Positions 60,735 through 64,000 of a stretch of DNA of 64,000 nt are shown here, in pieces. The notes beneath the pieces are model-generated. The model ran no database searches. It was not told where the DNA came from and saw only the letters and a program-made list of their open reading frames with translations. The position numbers were made by a program, and so were the translations under genes. Each line of letters begins with the position of its first letter. Within the stretch, counting starts at the first letter, position 1. The DNA comes from Podospora anserina (taxonomy: Eukaryota): positions 1 to 64,000 of the forward strand of contig CM030333.1 in NCBI GenBank assembly GCA_017654855.1, written 5' to 3'.

Positions 60735-62609
60735 TTACAAGGTGCCGGCAGTCTTGAACGCCTTGAGGCAGTCCTCAACTTTGGCCTTCATGGTCTTCTC
60801 ACCCTCTCTGACCCAGACACGAGGGTCGTACTTGATGGTTATCAGTATAACCAAAACAAGAAATGTGGGGACACGTCACTACACTCACCTTCTTCTTGTT
60901 GGGCTTGTTCCCGCCTTCGGGGTTTCCAACTTGGGTCTTGAGATAGTCAATGTTGTTGGTGACATAATCTCTGATGCCCGTCAGGTAAGCCCACTGCAAG
61001 TCAGTGTCTACGTTCACCTTGACGACACTATTCTCTTGTTAGCATCTCGAACGGGCTAGTCTTGACATGTGCAGGGGCAATTTACCCATGGCTGATCGCA
61101 GTGTGGTAGTCGGACAAGGAAGAACCAGATCCGCCCTGTGACAAACTCGTTAGCATAATCGGTCTTGGCGTCTCTGGCAAGGACCTTGGCTCGCATCCCA
61201 GTTTGCAAAGAACCAAAAGTACTCGAGCGTGAAGGAATCACGTAGCTCAGAGGCAAGAGAGCCTCATAGTTTCGAGGCCTGTTCAAGAACAAACCGTGGT
61301 GAACGTGAGCCAAGAGTAGAGGTCCTGCAGCCTGGGTATGCGAGCCCAGAGTAGGACGACGAAGGGTGGATTCTCACATGGAAGACAAAGAAGACGGGCT
61401 TGTCCTCGGAGAACTTCAGCTGCTCCTTGACATAGGCCTGGTGCTTGCCCAACAACTCAGGGTGACTGGCAAGATGAGATTGTGGTTTAGTAATTGACTC
61501 AGGCGGTGCGCGTTTTAGCATGGAGCAAGACATACAGCTTGACATTTCCAGGGGCGTAGACGCCGTGAACATTGCCGAAGCCAGCAGCAATGCTGAAATA
61601 CGGTGAGATGTCCTTGAAGGCGTTGTAGATCTGCAAGATGTCCTCGGGCTGTGTGTACAAAGCGGAGTTGTCAACACCAGAGTCTGGATACCTCGGGTTA
61701 GCAAAGCGCATCTCTGTGTCACCAATTTACTTACTATCGACACCGTCCTCCTCGCCGCCAGTGATACCAATCTCCATCTCGAGCCACTGCTTAAGAGGAG
61801 CCATGCGCTTCAGGTAACGGACGCAAGTCTCAATGTTCTCTTCGACGGATTCCTCCGAGAGATCAAGCATGTGACTGCTGAAAAGGGGCGTGCCGTTCTT
61901 CTTGAAGAACTTCTCGTCCTCCTCGAGCATGCCATCGAACCATGGAAGGAGCTTCTTCGCGCAGTGATCGGTGTGGAGCACCACGGGGATGCCGTACGAA
62001 GGGGCGATGGCACGGATGTAGTGGGCGGCAGCTATCGCGCCAGCAACGGAGGCTACAAATCCTCAGCATCAAACACCACTAGAAACAAGAGATGGGGGGA
62101 CTCACCCTCACGCTTCTCAGAGCTGTCCTTGATGCCCTTTCCAGCGAAGTAGGCGCTAGTCGCCAAAGTCAGCACTTGCAGGGAGAATTGTAGAGCAAAC
62201 CAATGGTGACTTACGCTCCACCTTGCGATGTCTGGAGGATGATGGGAGCCTTGGAGTCACGGGCTTGGGGGTCAAGGTTAGCACAAATCACGCATGGGAC
62301 TTGGGAAGGAACCTACCAGCCTCAAGGGCGGCGACAACAGTCGAGCTCGAGGTGACGTTCACGGCAGGAATCGCAAACCCGACCTTGCGGGCGTGCTGGA
62401 AAAGCTGGAGAACATGGTCGCCCTACACAAGCAGCAAGAGAATACAGGTCAGGAGGTTCTGTCGGAGAATTGGCTGCGGATATGCGGATTGGGGGTTGGA
62501 CGTACGTAGATGACTCCGGCGGGGAGGTTAAGCTCCTATTAAAAAGTACATGTCAGCTGCTGGTAGACGACAGGAGGTCTAGGTTGTGGCTTACATCGAG
62601 GATGCCCAT
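60735..62609 (-). CDS. FBA1: Fructose-bisphosphate aldolase class II (~10 introns)
   Basis: FAIPAVNVTSSST, VVLHTDHCAKKLLPWFDG, FSSHMLDLSEE, EMEIGITGGEEDGV, FGNVHGVY, VFHGGSGS, KVNVDTD, YDPRVWVREGE. Confidence 0.96.
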
Positions 62610-63786
62610 TGTGATATCGGTAGACAGGTAAAAGCTAATTGTGCGGTGATTGCTGAAGGAAAACGGAGTGACTGGTCCAAAGATGAATGTAAGGAGACGA
62701 GAAGGGAGTGGAAGGAAAAATGAGTGCTTTGTATGACGCACCTGGACTCTGTCGCGGTTGCTCAGACGAGTTGCAAGACCACCGACAAGTCGCTGGCAGG
62801 AGCGGGGCATCCCGGTCCAGGAGAATCACCCCACCATGTCCACCGGCACCCCGCGGGCTGGCCAGGTGGGGTGTTGAGCCAAAGCACTGGCTTCGGCATG
62901 TGCTGCGGCCCGGCAGTGATTCCTGCGGCCTGTCCTGCAGGCTTTTGACAGCTGCCAACTGAAGAAACTGTTGGGATTTCTGACAGAACCCAGTTGAACC
63001 CCCAATCTCTTGGCAATGTCATCAAGACATGGTCGGTCCGATGGCCCAAGAGGCTTTTTTGGGCTTTGCGAAGCCGGACGGACGAGCAGGGCAGTGTATT
63101 TTTTTTCTGCACACTCTCACCGTATTCCCATGATGTCAAACCACCCATCATCTCGGCCGGTCATGTCGGCGTGGGTGGAGAAACGCGGCGCAAGGCACAG
63201 CACCTGTGTCGCCAGCTTGGCGGAAAATAGTGGAAAGCACCGGCGTCCGTACCCGTATGACCTCGGTCCGACATGACACATATTCGCCAGGAACCGGAAT
63301 GTCTTCAAGGCTGTTCTCGACCGTTTAAAAGGTCTCCCTCACGCCGAATTTCCTAGCACTCGTAGTTGGGCTTCAGGACCATTGGAAGTGAGGGGTGAGA
63401 GCCTAGCTACGTCATGGTGGATCAAGTCCAGGGATGAGCTGACTCGGCGGAGCTGAGGAGACGATGATCAAAACCACCAGCAAACACGCATCGTCAACAT
63501 CAGCATTGGTCATATCCATCAACGGCTGAGAAATGCAAAAGCGAGTCCGACGGCTCGCAATGAAATCCTTCGTTACCAAATTGGGACTGTCTTATTGAAT
63601 CGACGTGGGAGCTACACAAGATGACAAACTGGGTGCTCCTTCTGACAAATTGGGCCAACAGGAGCGCATAGGCAGTTGTTATGGCATCAGCGAAAGAGGG
63701 CAAGAGCAACTGAATATATAGGGCTCAGGCAGTCCAAGATACTGGAGATGTTTTAGACTAGAACCAGACTTCTCATCTCTGGCATC

Positions 63787-64000
63787 ATGAAGAGCTTCAC
63801 ACTTCTCGCAGGTCTTTTGTTCTCGTCCACGGCTTCATCAGCCGTGCAGGGTATAAAGTCCCCCAAACCCCCGTCGCTGAACCATCTTTGCTCGGTCAAT
63901 TTTACTTTGGGTGACGCTATCCCGATTGGAAGCGGACCAAGAGGCATTCGGCTGGTTATTCCCATCTTGAACGGCACCTTCTGGGGACCTAGACTTAAGG
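63787..64000 (+). CDS. Secreted DUF3237 (UPF0311)-like protein, 5' part only (runs off the window)
   Basis: MKSFTLLAGLLFSSTASS signal peptide, then P..PSL..L....TLG..IPIG.GPRG.RLVIPI.NGTF.GPRLK. Confidence 0.72.
   Translation, partial: MKSFTLLAGLLFSSTASSAVQGIKSPKPPSLNHLCSVNFTLGDAIPIGSGPRGIRLVIPILNGTFWGPRLK

Overview
Left end of a chromosome from a filamentous ascomycete (gene style suggests Sordariales, possibly Podospora-like; this is inference). Bases 1-70 are (CCCTAA)n telomere. Bases 71-20428 are a very AT-rich, RIP-mutated subtelomere made of three nested copies of one element that all end at the same terminus (...GGATTGTAcTACAATCC...CTRATAGG at 10799, 18625 and 20428). The outermost copy looks complete. 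From the telomere inward it holds a satellite, a ~4.7 kb telomere-linked RecQ helicase (TLH) pseudogene, a GC-rich modular minisatellite, a divergent DUF3716-like pseudogene, a 202-bp tandem array and the palindromic terminus. When RIP changes are reverted by eye, the TLH middle domain shows the residue pattern of a tyrosine recombinase (R...K...RH...GH-x8-Y). This suggests a recombinase-helicase element that repeatedly replaces the chromosome end. From 20429 onward is ordinary intron-containing gene space. The accessory part has a secreted beta/gamma-crystallin-like protein, a HET pseudogene, DUF1996, a small 10-Cys protein, a PTH11-like pseudogene, transporters, a CmcJ-like oxidoreductase and an oxalate decarboxylase relic. 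Core genes follow: a SETD6/Rkm4-like methyltransferase, Rtt109, mL57, a P450, tRNA-Ala(CGC) and class II aldolase. The aldolase has an unusually long structured intron that encodes a cryptic -ASKL* end. All alignments and translations were done by eye, so exon boundaries and domain names need computational confirmation.
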